A stretch of 63,990 bases of DNA, counting the filler, from Basidiobolus ranarum (lineage: Eukaryota): the NCBI GenBank assembly GCA_040143965.1. It is 4 parts of 4 records of this genome, joined end to end, with 100 filler letters (N's around TTAATTAATTAA, not from the genome) between each part and the next. Parts side by side here need not be neighbours in the genome. Positions count along the whole stretch, not along the records: positions 49,237 to 63,990 come from JASJQH010007288.1; 3 more parts are not named here. One strand, 5' to 3'. A model generated the notes under the pieces. It was not told where the DNA came from. It ran no database searches and was given only the letters and a program-made list of their open reading frames with translations. Of the stretch, positions 52,129 to 63,990 are shown piece by piece. A program made the position numbers and the translations under genes. Within the stretch, counting starts at the first letter, position 1. Each line of letters begins with the position of its first letter.

Positions 52129-53547
52129 ATGTTCAACTATTGCCATTTAGTTACTAGCATCTTGGCTCTCAGTTCGGCCGTCACTGCTCTAGCTTTGCCA
52201 ACGACTAAATCTCATGGTACTTCTCCTGGGGGTTATGATATTGGATGGGCTCACTACACCCATGTAGACTACCCCAATTTCAAGTTAAGAGTGAAGGAGC
52301 CAAAGCTTTGTGATCCATCGGTAAAACAGGTTTCTGGCTACTTGGATTTGGACAAAGATCAACACCTTTTCTTTTGGTTCTTCGAATCACGTTCAAAACC
52401 AGAAACTGATCCCTTGGTACTATGGCTCAATGGCGGCCCAGGTTGTTCATCTTTACTCGGTCTTCTCATGGAGTTGGGTCCTTGTAGAGCTGACCCCAGT
52501 GGTAATAGTACACATTTGAACCCCTACTCATGGAATAGCAATGCAAACACCATCTTTTTAGACCAACCTTTTGGTACTGGTTTCTCATATGGAAAAAATA
52601 CCACTACTTCTGTAGAAGGCGCTGATAGAGTTCAGGCATTCTTGAGGTTATTTTTGAGTGCCTATCCCAAATACAAAAATCAGGATTTCCATGTCACGGG
52701 AGAATCGTATGGTGGGCATTATATCCCTGCTGTTGGCAATGCTATTCACCAAGCCAACAAGCAAGCAACTAAAGAAACTGATAAAATTAATCTGAAGAGT
52801 ATTGTGGTTGGAAATGGATTGATTAATCCATTGATTCAATATAAATACTACTCTAAGATGGCCTGTAAGTCTACCTACTCACCAATTCTCCAACAATCAA
52901 CATGCGCTCAAATGGACCGTATGTACCCGAAATGTGCAAAATTGATATCCAAGTGTTACGCTACTCGAGATTCCCATGCATGCTCTACCGCCTTCACTTA
53001 TTGTGATGAAATTTTGAACAAATTCGACGAAGCAAAAAATGTAAATATTTACGATATACGTCAGAAATGTCCTACTCAAGATCAATGTTACCCAGCTGAA
53101 GAAGGATTAATCAAGTGGCTAAACCAGCCTCAGATCGAACAAGAAATTGGAGCTGATGGTAGAAAATACGAGGAATGTGATGATGGCGTATACGACAGGT
53201 ACACGAATGTTTCTGGTGATTGGATGTATCCATATTTCGAGGTGATTCCTAGCCTTCTCTCTGATGGCATTAGGGTATTGATATACGCCGGTGATGCCGA
53301 CTTTATCTGCAACTGGTACGGCAACAAAGCCTGGACTTTGGATTTGGATTGGAGTGGCAAGAAGCAGTTCAACAGTGCAAAAGATCTTCCTTGGAATAAT
53401 GGGGGCCATCCGGCAGGCGAGGTCAGAAGCTTCGGTAATTTTACCTTTTTGAGAGTTTTCGGGGCTGGTCATATGGTACCTCACGATCAACCAGCAAATG
53501 CACTAGACATGATAAATCGCTGGTTAGCCAACAAATCTTTTGTCTAA
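52129..53547 (+). CDS. Secreted serine carboxypeptidase, family S10 (CPY-like), intronless
   Basis: WLNGGPGCSS, FLDQPFGTGFSY, TGESYGGHY, YAGDADFICN and AGHMVPHDQP. Confidence 0.95.
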   Translation: MFNYCHLVTSILALSSAVTALALPTTKSHGTSPGGYDIGWAHYTHVDYPNFKLRVKEPKLCDPSVKQVSGYLDLDKDQHLFFWFFESRSKPETDPLVLWLNGGPGCSSLLGLLMELGPCRADPSGNSTHLNPYSWNSNANTIFLDQPFGTGFSYGKNTTTSVEGADRVQAFLRLFLSAYPKYKNQDFHVTGESYGGHYIPAVGNAIHQANKQATKETDKINLKSIVVGNGLINPLIQYKYYSKMACKSTYSPILQQSTCAQMDRMYPKCAKLISKCYATRDSHACSTAFTYCDEILNKFDEAKNVNIYDIRQKCPTQDQCYPAEEGLIKWLNQPQIEQEIGADGRKYEECDDGVYDRYTNVSGDWMYPYFEVIPSLLSDGIRVLIYAGDADFICNWYGNKAWTLDLDWSGKKQFNSAKDLPWNNGGHPAGEVRSFGNFTFLRVFGAGHMVPHDQPANALDMINRWLANKSFV

Positions 53548-53965
53548 GAATTGACAAGTCCCTCTTACTCTACTGAGAAGTCATCACTCCAATAAACACC
53601 CGATGTTCTATCTTCTACTTTCCATATTCTGTTTGATAATATGTGAATGAACAATAGGTTGTAATTCATGTCAAAATGAGAATCTGCATATTGCGGCTTT
53701 ATTAGTGTACAACTAGCGCAAATTTGAGCAATATTGATATTGACTGCTTATTTAATGGCATAACCGGTTTAATCCAGAGCTAGGACTTGCTATTTGAGGT
53801 TTAGAAAAGTCACGACTGAATTCCGTGAAAGAGAGCCCCCTGTTGACTTGCACGCTAATTCTATTAACAAATATTAATGAGAAGCCTAATCCTAAGTTTT
53901 ATTTCCAACCTGATCCTGTTAAATGGCATCTAGTATAAAAGCATCTCAATGCATCTAGGTTTACT

Positions 53966-54011
53966 ATGTAGCTGCCTATCATAACGAGATGTAGCTGCTT
54001 ATCATAACGAG
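53966..54011. repeat. 23-bp tandem duplication
   Basis: ATGTAGCTGC(C/T)TATCATAACGAG twice. Confidence 0.85.
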
Positions 54012-54264
54012 CAACTTAATTATATATTTATAGCTAGTCTATCGTGTGCATCCAATAAAGTTTTAGCTTGTCCTTGGTCTAGTGTTAGATAGTCATGTTC
54101 CTTTTAAAACTGATTTACTTCAGAAACAATGTTCCTGAGTTTATCTCACAATAATACTTTTAATTAATCACAGCACATAATCGTATTGACTACTTTTATG
54201 CCGATCCTTTCATATAGAGGCACCTATGATCTTCAGGACGAGCCAGGGATGAAGAAAGCTATGC

Positions 54265-54367
54265 ATTTGACAAAGTAGAGACAGTATGGTGCTGCACTAT
54301 TCTTCATTACAGAATTTGACAAAGTAGAGACAGTATGGTGCTGCACAATTCTCCATTACAGCATTTG
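54265..54367. repeat. 49-bp tandem duplication
   Basis: ATTTGACAAAGTAGAGACAGTATGGTGCTGCAC... starts at 54265 and 54314. Confidence 0.88.
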
Positions 54368-54981
54368 TAAATCCTTGATCTGTCTGTTGCAGCATTTGTA
54401 ACTTCAATGGCTATATTTGACTTTTAAAAGCGGTGATATGACATACGTATATACTAGCTAAATCTTTGAATGTATAGCGATAGAGGAGCGTATTGGAGTT
54501 AACAACTGCTAGAGAGACAAGCCAACCATAGCCTGCTTATCAATTTCTCACTGATTCGATCGAGCAACAGTCAAACATAATGCATTCGATAAATGCACTA
54601 GTTGTCAATACAACCACCCATATCTAGCCCCCTCTCCTTATTCCTTCCCCCCTGGATGCCTGCTTTACTATCATATTTTCAATAAGCTATCGATTATTAT
54701 ATGTTAGTATATTAATTAGGAACCCCTTCATATTCACGTTTATAACTCCCGGGCCGCTACGAACATACAGCGATCATTCAAATTGTTTAGACTGTTTCCA
54801 TTTCTCTGCCAGCAACATCTCAACAACGGGTCTTGGCATTGGCTCCACTTGTAACTTTTATCCTAACTGTCTAGAGATTTGTAAGTCAAACCCAGTTACC
54901 GCTCTATTCTTTAATTCTGATTACTAGAGTAGTTTAGCAGTTTGATGAACCCCAGCATTTCTAACCATTTTCAACTTTAGA

Positions 54982-57900
54982 ATGGAAGCACAAGATTCGC
55001 AGAAAATGCCACGAGTTATCCATTCTGAAAGCGAGGATCTAGTATCTATACCTAATATATCATCTGATGAAATCACTTCAACGCTATACGAGCGATATCA
55101 AAAAAATATTCTTTATACACGTATTGGTGCTAAAGTGTTACTAGCTCTTGCCTCCACAAAATCAGCTGAGACTCAAGATTCCGATGAATTGGTCAAGAAG
55201 TATATGGAAGACTATAAGGATACGGGAAGTCAACGGAATTTACTGCAGCCACATATTTTCCAAACCGTCACCGATGCCTACTTAAATATGCGGCGTACTG
55301 GGTTTGATCAGACAATAATCCTAAGGTAAACTATGAAATCACTCTTTTCATCCGAAACAACGTATACTAAACAAGAGAATATTTAGTGGTGAGTCTGGAA
55401 GTGGCAAGTCCTACACAAAAAGACTGGCATTTCGCATGTTATTAGCACTTCGCGAATCCTCCAAGAAAGAGACATATTTGATAAATCAAATTACCAATGC
55501 CACTGATATCTTGGAGGCGTTTGGTAATGCACAAACAGTTCACAACGAGAATGCCTCCCAGTTTGGGAACTACACAGAGGTTCAATTCAATGAACGCGGT
55601 AGAGTCATAGGTGCGAAAATATTGGATTACATGTTGGAAAAGTCCGGATTGACTGCGAATTCAAAGGAGAAAAAAAACTTTCATATCTTTTATTACCTCT
55701 ACGGTGGAGTAACTCCTGAAGAAAAAGCCCAGTTACAGCTAAATGAGAATCTGGCTTTCAACTATCTAGAATCGGAAAATCTTAATAGCAGTAACCCTCG
55801 CTATAATCCGGAAAATCTGAATCAGTTGAGAAGAGCCTTTAAGTCACTAGGTCTGAATAGAAAGTACCAAGGGCAAATATTTCGATTGTTGTCGGCAATT
55901 CTTTACTTGGGCAATATTGCGTTTGTTGATCATCCAACTAAAGTTAGCGAACCTGCCTCTGTAAAGAATGTTGAATCTTTGGAAATTGCTGCCAAGTTTT
56001 TAGGAGTTGAAGCTTCTTCTTTAGAGTCTGTACTTTCCAACAGAACTCAGCTAATCAATGGCGAGATATGCACTATATTTCTGAACTCTACTCAAGCTGA
56101 ATCCCAACGTGATATTCTGTCTCGCTCCCTATACTCTCTTCTGTTCAGTTGGTTGGTAGAGTTTTTGAACACAAAGCTATGCTCTGATTCTCAGAACAAC
56201 TTTATTGGCTTCGTAGATTTATTGGGACACCAAAACTCTTCCGTTAACGCCTTCCAAGAGTTTTGTGTCAACTTTGCTAATGAGCGAATATTCCATTATT
56301 GCACCCATTACCTATTAGAGTATGATATAGAGGAGTATGCTGAGCAAGAAGTCAAGATCGTACCAGAAGTAGACTTCGTTGACAATACCTCTTGTTTATA
56401 TTTGTTTATGAAGCCACAAACCGGCCTGTTTGCCATACTAGAGAAACAAACAAAAAATCCAACTGACAAAGGAGTACTACAAGCTTTCGCTAGTAACAAT
56501 GAAGGACATCCGAATTTCACATTACCATCAGAGAGCTCTGACACTAACTTTATCATTCAACATTATTCGGGTGCAGTCACATACAAAATCACCGAATTTC
56601 TAGAGAAAAACACCGAAATAATAGGACCAGACTTTGTTGGACTATTTAAAGGGAGTGCAGAATTTCAACCAACAACCAATTCTTTTGTATCTGGACTGTT
56701 CACAGAAAAATCTGTAACCTATGAAAACCACCCAAGAAATGAGAAAACCATTATTGCCGCCCAGCAATCTGCTATACCAAGGCGACAACCTTCCTTGCGT
56801 AAACCACGCAAACCAGAATCGGAGAAGAATACAAAGAAGGTCTCATGTGTTGCTTCTCAATTCCAGAGTGCCCTTAGTGAATTAATAGAGTCGTTAAGGG
56901 AAACTGAGCCTTGGTTTGTATTCTGTATAAATCCCAATGTTACTGAATCCGAGGAGGCTACTGTAAGCACTACGAAGATTGGCGAACAAGTCCTTTATCT
57001 GGGTTTGGCGAAGATTGCCGAGAGAAAGCAAGTAGAATTCACCTCTAGTTTAACTCACGAAGAGTTTGTAAAAAGATATGAAGATATTCTGCAGGTAGCC
57101 GGAATCAACGTTATTCCTGATTTTCGACAAAAATGTTTATCTACTAAACACATTTACGAATGGAGTGATAAAGAGATGGCAGTTGGAAAAAGTAAAGTCT
57201 ATCTGTGTCACGACATTTGGAGGGTATTGGAGGATTCATTACGCTCCAAAGAAACCGAAAACAAACAGCGTAGAAAAGCACATGAATCTCAAGCACTTTC
57301 TCAAATTAATGATGCACACGAATCTCAATATGATCCACGTAACATCAGACTTACTTCGGTATATTCCTATGCTCCTAGCTTTGTGGCAAGTCGCCCAGTT
57401 GATCAGCAATCGTTACGGAGTGCACAGGATGACAACAGATCTTACTACAGTGATGATGATTATTTCGAGCGATGTGGAAGTGAATCTGCTGTGGAATCTG
57501 AAATGTTTGGCTCTTCTAAAGAGAATTTACGAAGCATCGAATTAAAGAAAGGGTTCACATTAGAGACTGAACCTATTGAGGAGCAAGAGGTAATATCGAG
57601 TCAGAGGAAGAGATGGTTATGTTGCACTTGGGGACTTACTTGGTGGGTTCCATCTTTCTGTTTGAAGGCATGTGGAAAAATGAAGCGACCTGATATCCAA
57701 ATTGCTTGGAGAGAGAAAACCGCCCTTTGCATCATCATCTTTTTCCTGTGTCTGTTTGTTCTCTTTTTCTTGATTTTCTTTGGCCAAATCATCTGTCCTA
57801 GACAGTATGTCTACTCTGACAACGAATTGAATGCATACAATACCAAGGATACACCGTATGTCTCTATTAGAGGCGAGGCTTTCACACTGAAAGATTTTAA

Positions 57901-60715
57901 TCACCGAGGCGTAACTAGTGATGAAGTTATCAAAGCCTATGCAGGCAGAGATATTGGGCAACTTCTTTTCCCGGTACAAGTAAGCTTTATGTGTGACGGA
58001 CGTGGAGAATACGGTATTAATCCGGCGGTTGTTTTGGAGAATTATACTGATTTGAACGCTCAATACCATGATTATCGGTACTCCAAACTTGGTGACAATA
58101 TGAAGAATTTCTATCAGGACAATGTGATGACACTTTTGAGAACTAAACGACTAAAAGGTCAAATGGCCCATGCTCCAGAAACGGTGATGGAGGCGGCCAG
58201 AAATCAAGACCGTCGATGGGCAATTATCAACAACATGGTATATGATTTGAACTCATACTCTCGTGGACAACGCTACGCCATATACCCGCCAAACACCATA
58301 CCCTCAGGCCCAATCGACCTGGACTTCATGGACCCAGACTTGGTTACTTTATTTGTTGTCAACAAAGGAGAGGATATCACCGACAGATTCAACCGACTGT
58401 ACTCAGACAACACTGTCCTCAGAGACAAGATGAAGGTTTGCCTACAAAATCTATTCTACGTAGGGGTAGTTGACACTCGAAACTCCGCCCAATGCAAATT
58501 CTCGAACTACGTACTGCTAGCCTGTTCCGTCTTTCTTGGATCAGTATTGCTTTTTAAATTCTTGGCCGCACTACAGATGGGCTCGACCAGAGAACCAGAG
58601 GAGCAGGACAAGTTCGTAGTTTGCCAAGTTCCATGCTATACTGAAAGTGAGGATTCATTGAGAAGGACGATAGATTCATTGGCTGTATTGAAGTATGATG
58701 ATAAAAGGAAACTCCTTTTCATCGTCGCCGACGGAATGATTGTGGGTGGTGGAAATGATCGACCCACCCCACGAATTGTTTTGGATATCTTGGGTGTCGA
58801 TCCAAGTATTGACCCAGAAGCCTTAGCTTACAAGGCCCTAGGAGAAGGCAATAACCAATTAAACATGGCCAAAATATATTCAGGGCTATACGAATGTTCG
58901 GGACATGTAGTGCCGTACTTGGTCGTAGTAAAGGTTGGAAAACCCACCGAACGCTCAAGGCCCGGGAATCGAGGAAAACGCGACTCACAGTTGATTCTGA
59001 TGCAATTCTTTAACAAAGTACACTTCAATAAGGAAATGACGCCGTTAGAATTAGAGATGCACCACCAGATCAAGAATGTGATTGGCGTTGATCCCTATTT
59101 CTATGAGTTCGTGCTAATGGTGGATGCAGACACTATCGTAATGAATAATTCACTGACTCACATGATCGCATGCATGTTACATGACACCAAAGTGATGGGC
59201 ATCTGCGGAGAAACACAGCTGATGAACGAAAAAGCCACCTTTATCACCATGATCCAGGTCTACGAATACTTCATATCGCATCACCTTAACAAAGCTTTCG
59301 AATCTCTATTTGGGTCGGTTACTTGCCTACCAGGATGCTTCTGTATGTATCGATTCCGCACACCTACGAAAAACCAGCCTCTCTTAGTATCAAACGATGT
59401 TATTGATGACTACTCAGAGAACAAGGTGGATACGCTTCACAAAAAGAACCTGCTATCATTAGGTGAGGATCGCTACTTGACAACGCTCATGTTGAAACAT
59501 TTCAACTATAACAAGATGACATTCACGCCTGATGCAAAATGCCAGACAAATGCCCCGGATACTTGGTCAGTTTTACTGTCGCAACGTCGTCGTTGGATTA
59601 ACTCGACCGTGCACAATCTAGCTGAGCTCTTATACCTTGAGAAACTCTGTGGATTCTGCTGTTTCTCAATGCGATTCGTAGTGTTCCTGGATCTACTCTC
59701 AACAATCATCATGCCAATCCAATGCATTTATCTTGGCTACCTCATTTATAAAGTAGTATCAGATCCATCCACGGTTCCGTTAGTGTCCTTACTTTTACTC
59801 GCATGTATTTACGGATTTCAAGTATTCATATTTTTACTACGACGACAATGGCAGCATATTGGTTGGATGATCGTCTACTTGCTTTCTCTACCAGTATTTA
59901 GTATGTTCCTTCCGGTATATTCATTTTGGCATTTCGACGACTTTAGTTGGGGAAATACTCGAGTAGTGTTAGGAGAAAAGGGCAAAGTATCACACTTATC
60001 AAATGAAGAGAAATTCGACCCAAGCTCAATCCCATTGAAGAAATGGACTGACTATGAACAAGATCTGTGGGAAGTAGGAACCGTAGCCTCTCATGAATCT
60101 AAAGAAAGTAGAAGAACAGCTGGTACCCATGATAGCCGAGTCACATATGTTTCTAAATTCTCGCGTGGTTTTGGTGAGCCGCCTGCCTCTGTTTACGGCA
60201 ATCAATCTATCTACGCAGGACACAACTCAGCATATCCCTCTGGAATTCCTTCAAACTACAACAATGTCAGTCCTTCAATGTATGGCGGAGGAGGGTTTAT
60301 GCCCCATACTCCCAGAACATATGATTATGAGCGATCACCATCACCAATACCTCCCAGATACTCCGCTTCTCCCAAAAGTCTAGTAAGTCGAACATCACGT
60401 TCACACGAGCAGATACCCCGAAACTCTGGAATTAGGGAAGCAAGACGTGGAGAATCTGCAGTGGATCTTCACAGCCACTACCGCGGGAGCCAGCTTAGTC
60501 TAAGCCCCGCAATTTCGCATGAAGAGCATCAAGACTTCCCTAGTGATGAAGATATCGTGGAAGAAATCCGGACCATCCTATCAAATGCAGATCTGATGGC
60601 AATTACGAAGAAACAGGTTCGGGATGATCTATCGACGCACTTCCATGTGGACATGAACTTGAAGAAGGATTATGTAAACTCGTGCATTGATATGATATTA
60701 CAAGGAAAACTATAA
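54982..60715 (+). CDS. Class V chitin synthase with myosin motor, cytochrome-b5-like and DEK-C domains (intron about 55326-55386)
   Basis: P-loop SGESGSGKS after the intron, LEAFGNA, FCVNFANE, AWREK, VPCYTE, GNRGKRDSQ, VDADT, LGEDRYLT, QRRRWINST and a C-terminal DEK-C domain. Confidence 0.96.
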
Positions 60716-61423
60716 ATGCTTCTTTTAATGGATCTTCAGCTCTCTTTCTGGCTATCATGTACATGTATTTTTGCATCGAACCTTGACCATACTATTACTA
60801 TTTCATCATTAATTGTATACCCTGATTTGTATACCCTGATTTGTGTATCCTAAATAGATCATATATAATATCATAAATGACATCTTTGACCCAATGGAGT
60901 AAGTGTAAATATGGCGAATATATGAATAGAGGCACTTTCATGTGATTTAATTTATGCCATTCGAAACCCTAACCCATCCCTGCATCTATTTTCCTACGCT
61001 TACAATGATCAACAAGAAGCTGCAAAGGAAATGGGAAATCAATGCTGAGATTGAAATCTTGTTTATGTGTTTATACTCTCTCAACCCCTACTGCTGAGCA
61101 CCTACTGATGAGAACAATAGCCATGTTTTAGTATTTACCTAGTTTAGGGGTTAAAACAAGGTGGCTGAGTTACCTTTCAAAGTTTAGTCGACACGGCTAG
61201 ATTGAACTGGGCAGCGATAGAGTTGTATTATGTCATGAATGTGATACAAATCCATGTCATGTCATGCCATGCGATTTGATGATTTACCAAACAGAACAAT
61301 TCTATTCGGTCATCCTCTACACCGTCATTATGCTGCGTCTCGTGACGTTACGGTGTATATATGCTGAGCAGAATCATCTACTCATCTGTATTCTCACAAC
61401 CGCATCCCCTCAAATCTCTCCGA

Positions 61424-62212
61424 ATGGCCTTCTCTAAGGAAAACCTTTGGCTCAAAGTAGCAAACTTGATAGTCTACTTTTATTTCTTAAGCGATAATAT
61501 TTACGCTGTGGTAGGCCCTGAAAATGGCAACGGGCCTTACTCTCTTGATGGAAAGCATCCAACCTATATTACCCCCGCACCATTCGCGTTTGCTGTGTAT
61601 GGACTAACCCACTTTCTGTTACTTGGCTACGTGATTTACCAATGGTTTGACTCAGCCGACGAGGTTGTCAAAGATGGTGTCGGCTGGTGGTTTGCCTCCA
61701 GTGCTATCCTACACAGTTTATGGCTTCACCTCTGGGAACAAGGACATCGTATCACTGCTTTCCTTATCATTTTATCCATCGCTGGTATTATCTCCAACAT
61801 CTACCATCGTTTGAGATCCGAATATCCCGTTCGTAACTGGGCAGATGCGCTATTTGTACATACACCATTTTCTATTTACCATGCATGGATTGTAGTTGTC
61901 GCCGTTATAAATCTCTTCGCTGCCTTCACACATACTCATGTCAATGGCCCCAACACCCTCCAAACTATCTTGGTTATTATTGGATTGGTATTCCTAGGAT
62001 CTACCGGTATTGGCTATACTGAGTACAAGAAAGGTGATTTGGTTGGAGCTTTCGTTATTGCCTGGTCTTTACTTGCCATTTTTGTTCAACAAAGAGAGCC
62101 TGCCATTCATTGGACCGCCTTGGGCTTATCAATTGCTGTCCTCCTCTACAGTGTTAAGCCAATTGTATCTAGAAGAGCATCAGAAGCTGAACAGGCTCCA
62201 TTGCTAGGTTAA
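61424..62212 (+). CDS. Multi-pass membrane protein of unknown function (TspO/Trp-rich-like)
   Basis: Intact ORF with about 8 hydrophobic helices; TYITPAPFAF, YVIYQW and PFSIYHAW motifs. Start chosen at MAFSKEN; an upstream ATG exists at 61361. Confidence 0.7.
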   Translation: MAFSKENLWLKVANLIVYFYFLSDNIYAVVGPENGNGPYSLDGKHPTYITPAPFAFAVYGLTHFLLLGYVIYQWFDSADEVVKDGVGWWFASSAILHSLWLHLWEQGHRITAFLIILSIAGIISNIYHRLRSEYPVRNWADALFVHTPFSIYHAWIVVVAVINLFAAFTHTHVNGPNTLQTILVIIGLVFLGSTGIGYTEYKKGDLVGAFVIAWSLLAIFVQQREPAIHWTALGLSIAVLLYSVKPIVSRRASEAEQAPLLG

Positions 62213-62672
62213 GGGTTGGAATAAGATACTGGTTATAAATTGAAAAGCTTATCAGAATAATATATCTTTCGACTTGAAGCAATGAAAAATATTTCGTCAA
62301 TACACGTGTTTATGGATTCGGTGCTATGAAAAGATTCATACATAATAAAATTAACAAAATATAATCTCTATTCTCGATACAAAGTGGTTTAAGTCCTTCC
62401 AGTAAGGTTAAATGAAGATTAAAATAATGCTTAAATTTAATCAAATTAAAAGTGCTTTATCAAATTTCGCTAAATCTTAAACCCATTTCAATTTCTTTCG
62501 GCTTAAATAATCGTATCCAATAGAAATCCTTTCTAAGGGTTGATTCAATAGTTGTCGTCATTAAGATAAAGACACTAATCTGTTGATATTCAAATTCATT
62601 AAAGACTACTGAAGTCATTTTTCTAGTCTTCCATATTTTAGAGTAAATTATCTTTACCGACATCTTTCAACC

Positions 62673-63552
62673 ATGCCAGTAAGTCTCTTCGAGTATTTAT
62701 TCACACACCTTTAGACTCGAAAAACCGGTTCACTTGATCTCTTTTTCTATATTTTCTTTCTTGTTTACTTGTTAACAATATGACGATTGACTCATCTTGT
62801 CTTTCTGTTTAGGCTTATCACTCCAACTTGAATGAAAGCGAATTCCGCTCTCTTGGTAACATGGCGATGCTACCTATTCGTACTAAGTTCCGTGGACCAG
62901 CTCCTTCTCTAGGTAGACCTTGAAATTTTTATTAAAAATGGGGATTTTTCGGGTTGAAATTGACCCACATCTGTACAATAATACGTACCTAATAATTCAT
63001 TTCGCCATTCTAACATATTACTCGTAACAATAGCTGACCCCAACTCGGAAGATATTGTCGAAGAAGCACTCAATTTATTTAGAGCCAATAGTTTCTTCCG
63101 TAACTTTGAGATCAAAGGAAATGCGGATAGAGTACTCATCTACCTCATCCTTTATATTTCCGACTGTTTAGGAAAACTTACTAACCAACCTAGTAAGCTT
63201 GAAGCGAACAAAATTTTACAAACTTCCGCTTTATCTCACTTTGCACTTCCCGGTGAACCTTCTTTTCCTTTGAATGCTATGTATCACGCACCTGCTGACC
63301 GTGGAGAGCAAGGTAAATTCTTTTTTCATTGAATCATTTAAAGTCATCTACTAACATATCTCGATATGAATTATTCTCACTCTCATTCTCAATCCTTTTT
63401 TCCGTTGAATAGATTTGTTACGCCAATATCTTACTCAATTACGCCAAGAACTTGCCACAAGACTTCTTGAACGTATTTACGGAAATGAGAATGTACCCAG
63501 TAAATGGTGGATGTGTTTCTTGAAACGTAAATTTATGGGCAAATCATTGTAA
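62673..63552 (+). CDS. ARPC3: Arp2/3 complex subunit 3 (p21-Arc/Arc18), four exons (absent from the ORF track)
   Basis: MP|AYHS...[12 protein letters not shown]|...[32 protein letters not shown]...|[14 protein letters not shown]...[18 protein letters not shown]. Confidence 0.94.
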
Positions 63553-63990
63553 TCACGTCCATACCTCTACCCTCCCCTACCCTCAGTCAACATCATACTT
63601 TCTATCCCCCCAAGTTTCATCATAAAGAAGCACATATTACTTCATTTTCATATGAATTAAACACCAAAGAACTTTAGTGAAGCTGACATAAATGATGATT
63701 CGGTGTATATTAACTTTTATTCTTGATAAGAAATAGATGATGTGTAATGAATAGTGAAAGTGAATTTAAACTATGAGGAAAGCAACCTAACCTATTTCCC
63801 CAGTAAACGATGGGCTTTACTTATAGGATTTCATGTTAATGTGTGCAATAAATCAGGGTTAAAATAAAGTGGGAATGTAGTGGATATGAAGTGATCAAGG
63901 GGGGGGGGGTGGAGAAGTGAATTTTTGGATTTAAAAAAGGTTTTAATAAGGCAAATATCGGAATATAAAAGGTCTGAAGACCAGTAAGTC

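Noticed and set aside
54265..54367. Repeat as a possible CRISPR array
   Set aside because: Two contiguous copies without unique spacers, in a eukaryotic genome with no cas genes.
38614..61153. Scattered CCCTAA/TTAGGG telomere-like motifs
   Set aside because: Only isolated 1-1.5 unit matches with no arrays; expected by chance.

Overview
Eukaryotic, intron-rich, AT-rich genomic DNA from an early-diverging fungus. Evidence: myosin-motor chitin synthase, GH18 chitinase, CE4 deacetylase, SCAMP, fungal-type H3 and short GT-AG introns; a Basidiobolus-like lineage is a guess. The window is four contigs joined by artificial 100-nt spacers (44 N + TTAATTAATTAA + 44 N). About 21 protein genes can be read: PLD, amino-acid permease, RanGAP, PET117, a BED-finger protein, histone H3, SCAMP, a small SET protein, CorA, fasciclin, chitin deacetylase, FZO1, TAF14, NDUFA4-like, 2H phosphoesterase, type II NADH dehydrogenase, STB6-like, chitinase, sugar porter, carboxypeptidase S10, class V chitin synthase, a multi-TM protein and ARPC3. 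Most notable observations: (1) an intact H3 lacking one Gly of the G33-G34 pair next to K36, beside a transposase-derived BED-finger gene and about 3 kb from a stand-alone SET gene; (2) a 9-nt microexon carrying the catalytic His of PLD; (3) a modular long-inverted-repeat family in three copies; (4) decayed copia and DIRS-like relics. All family assignments come from motif recognition by eye, not database searches.
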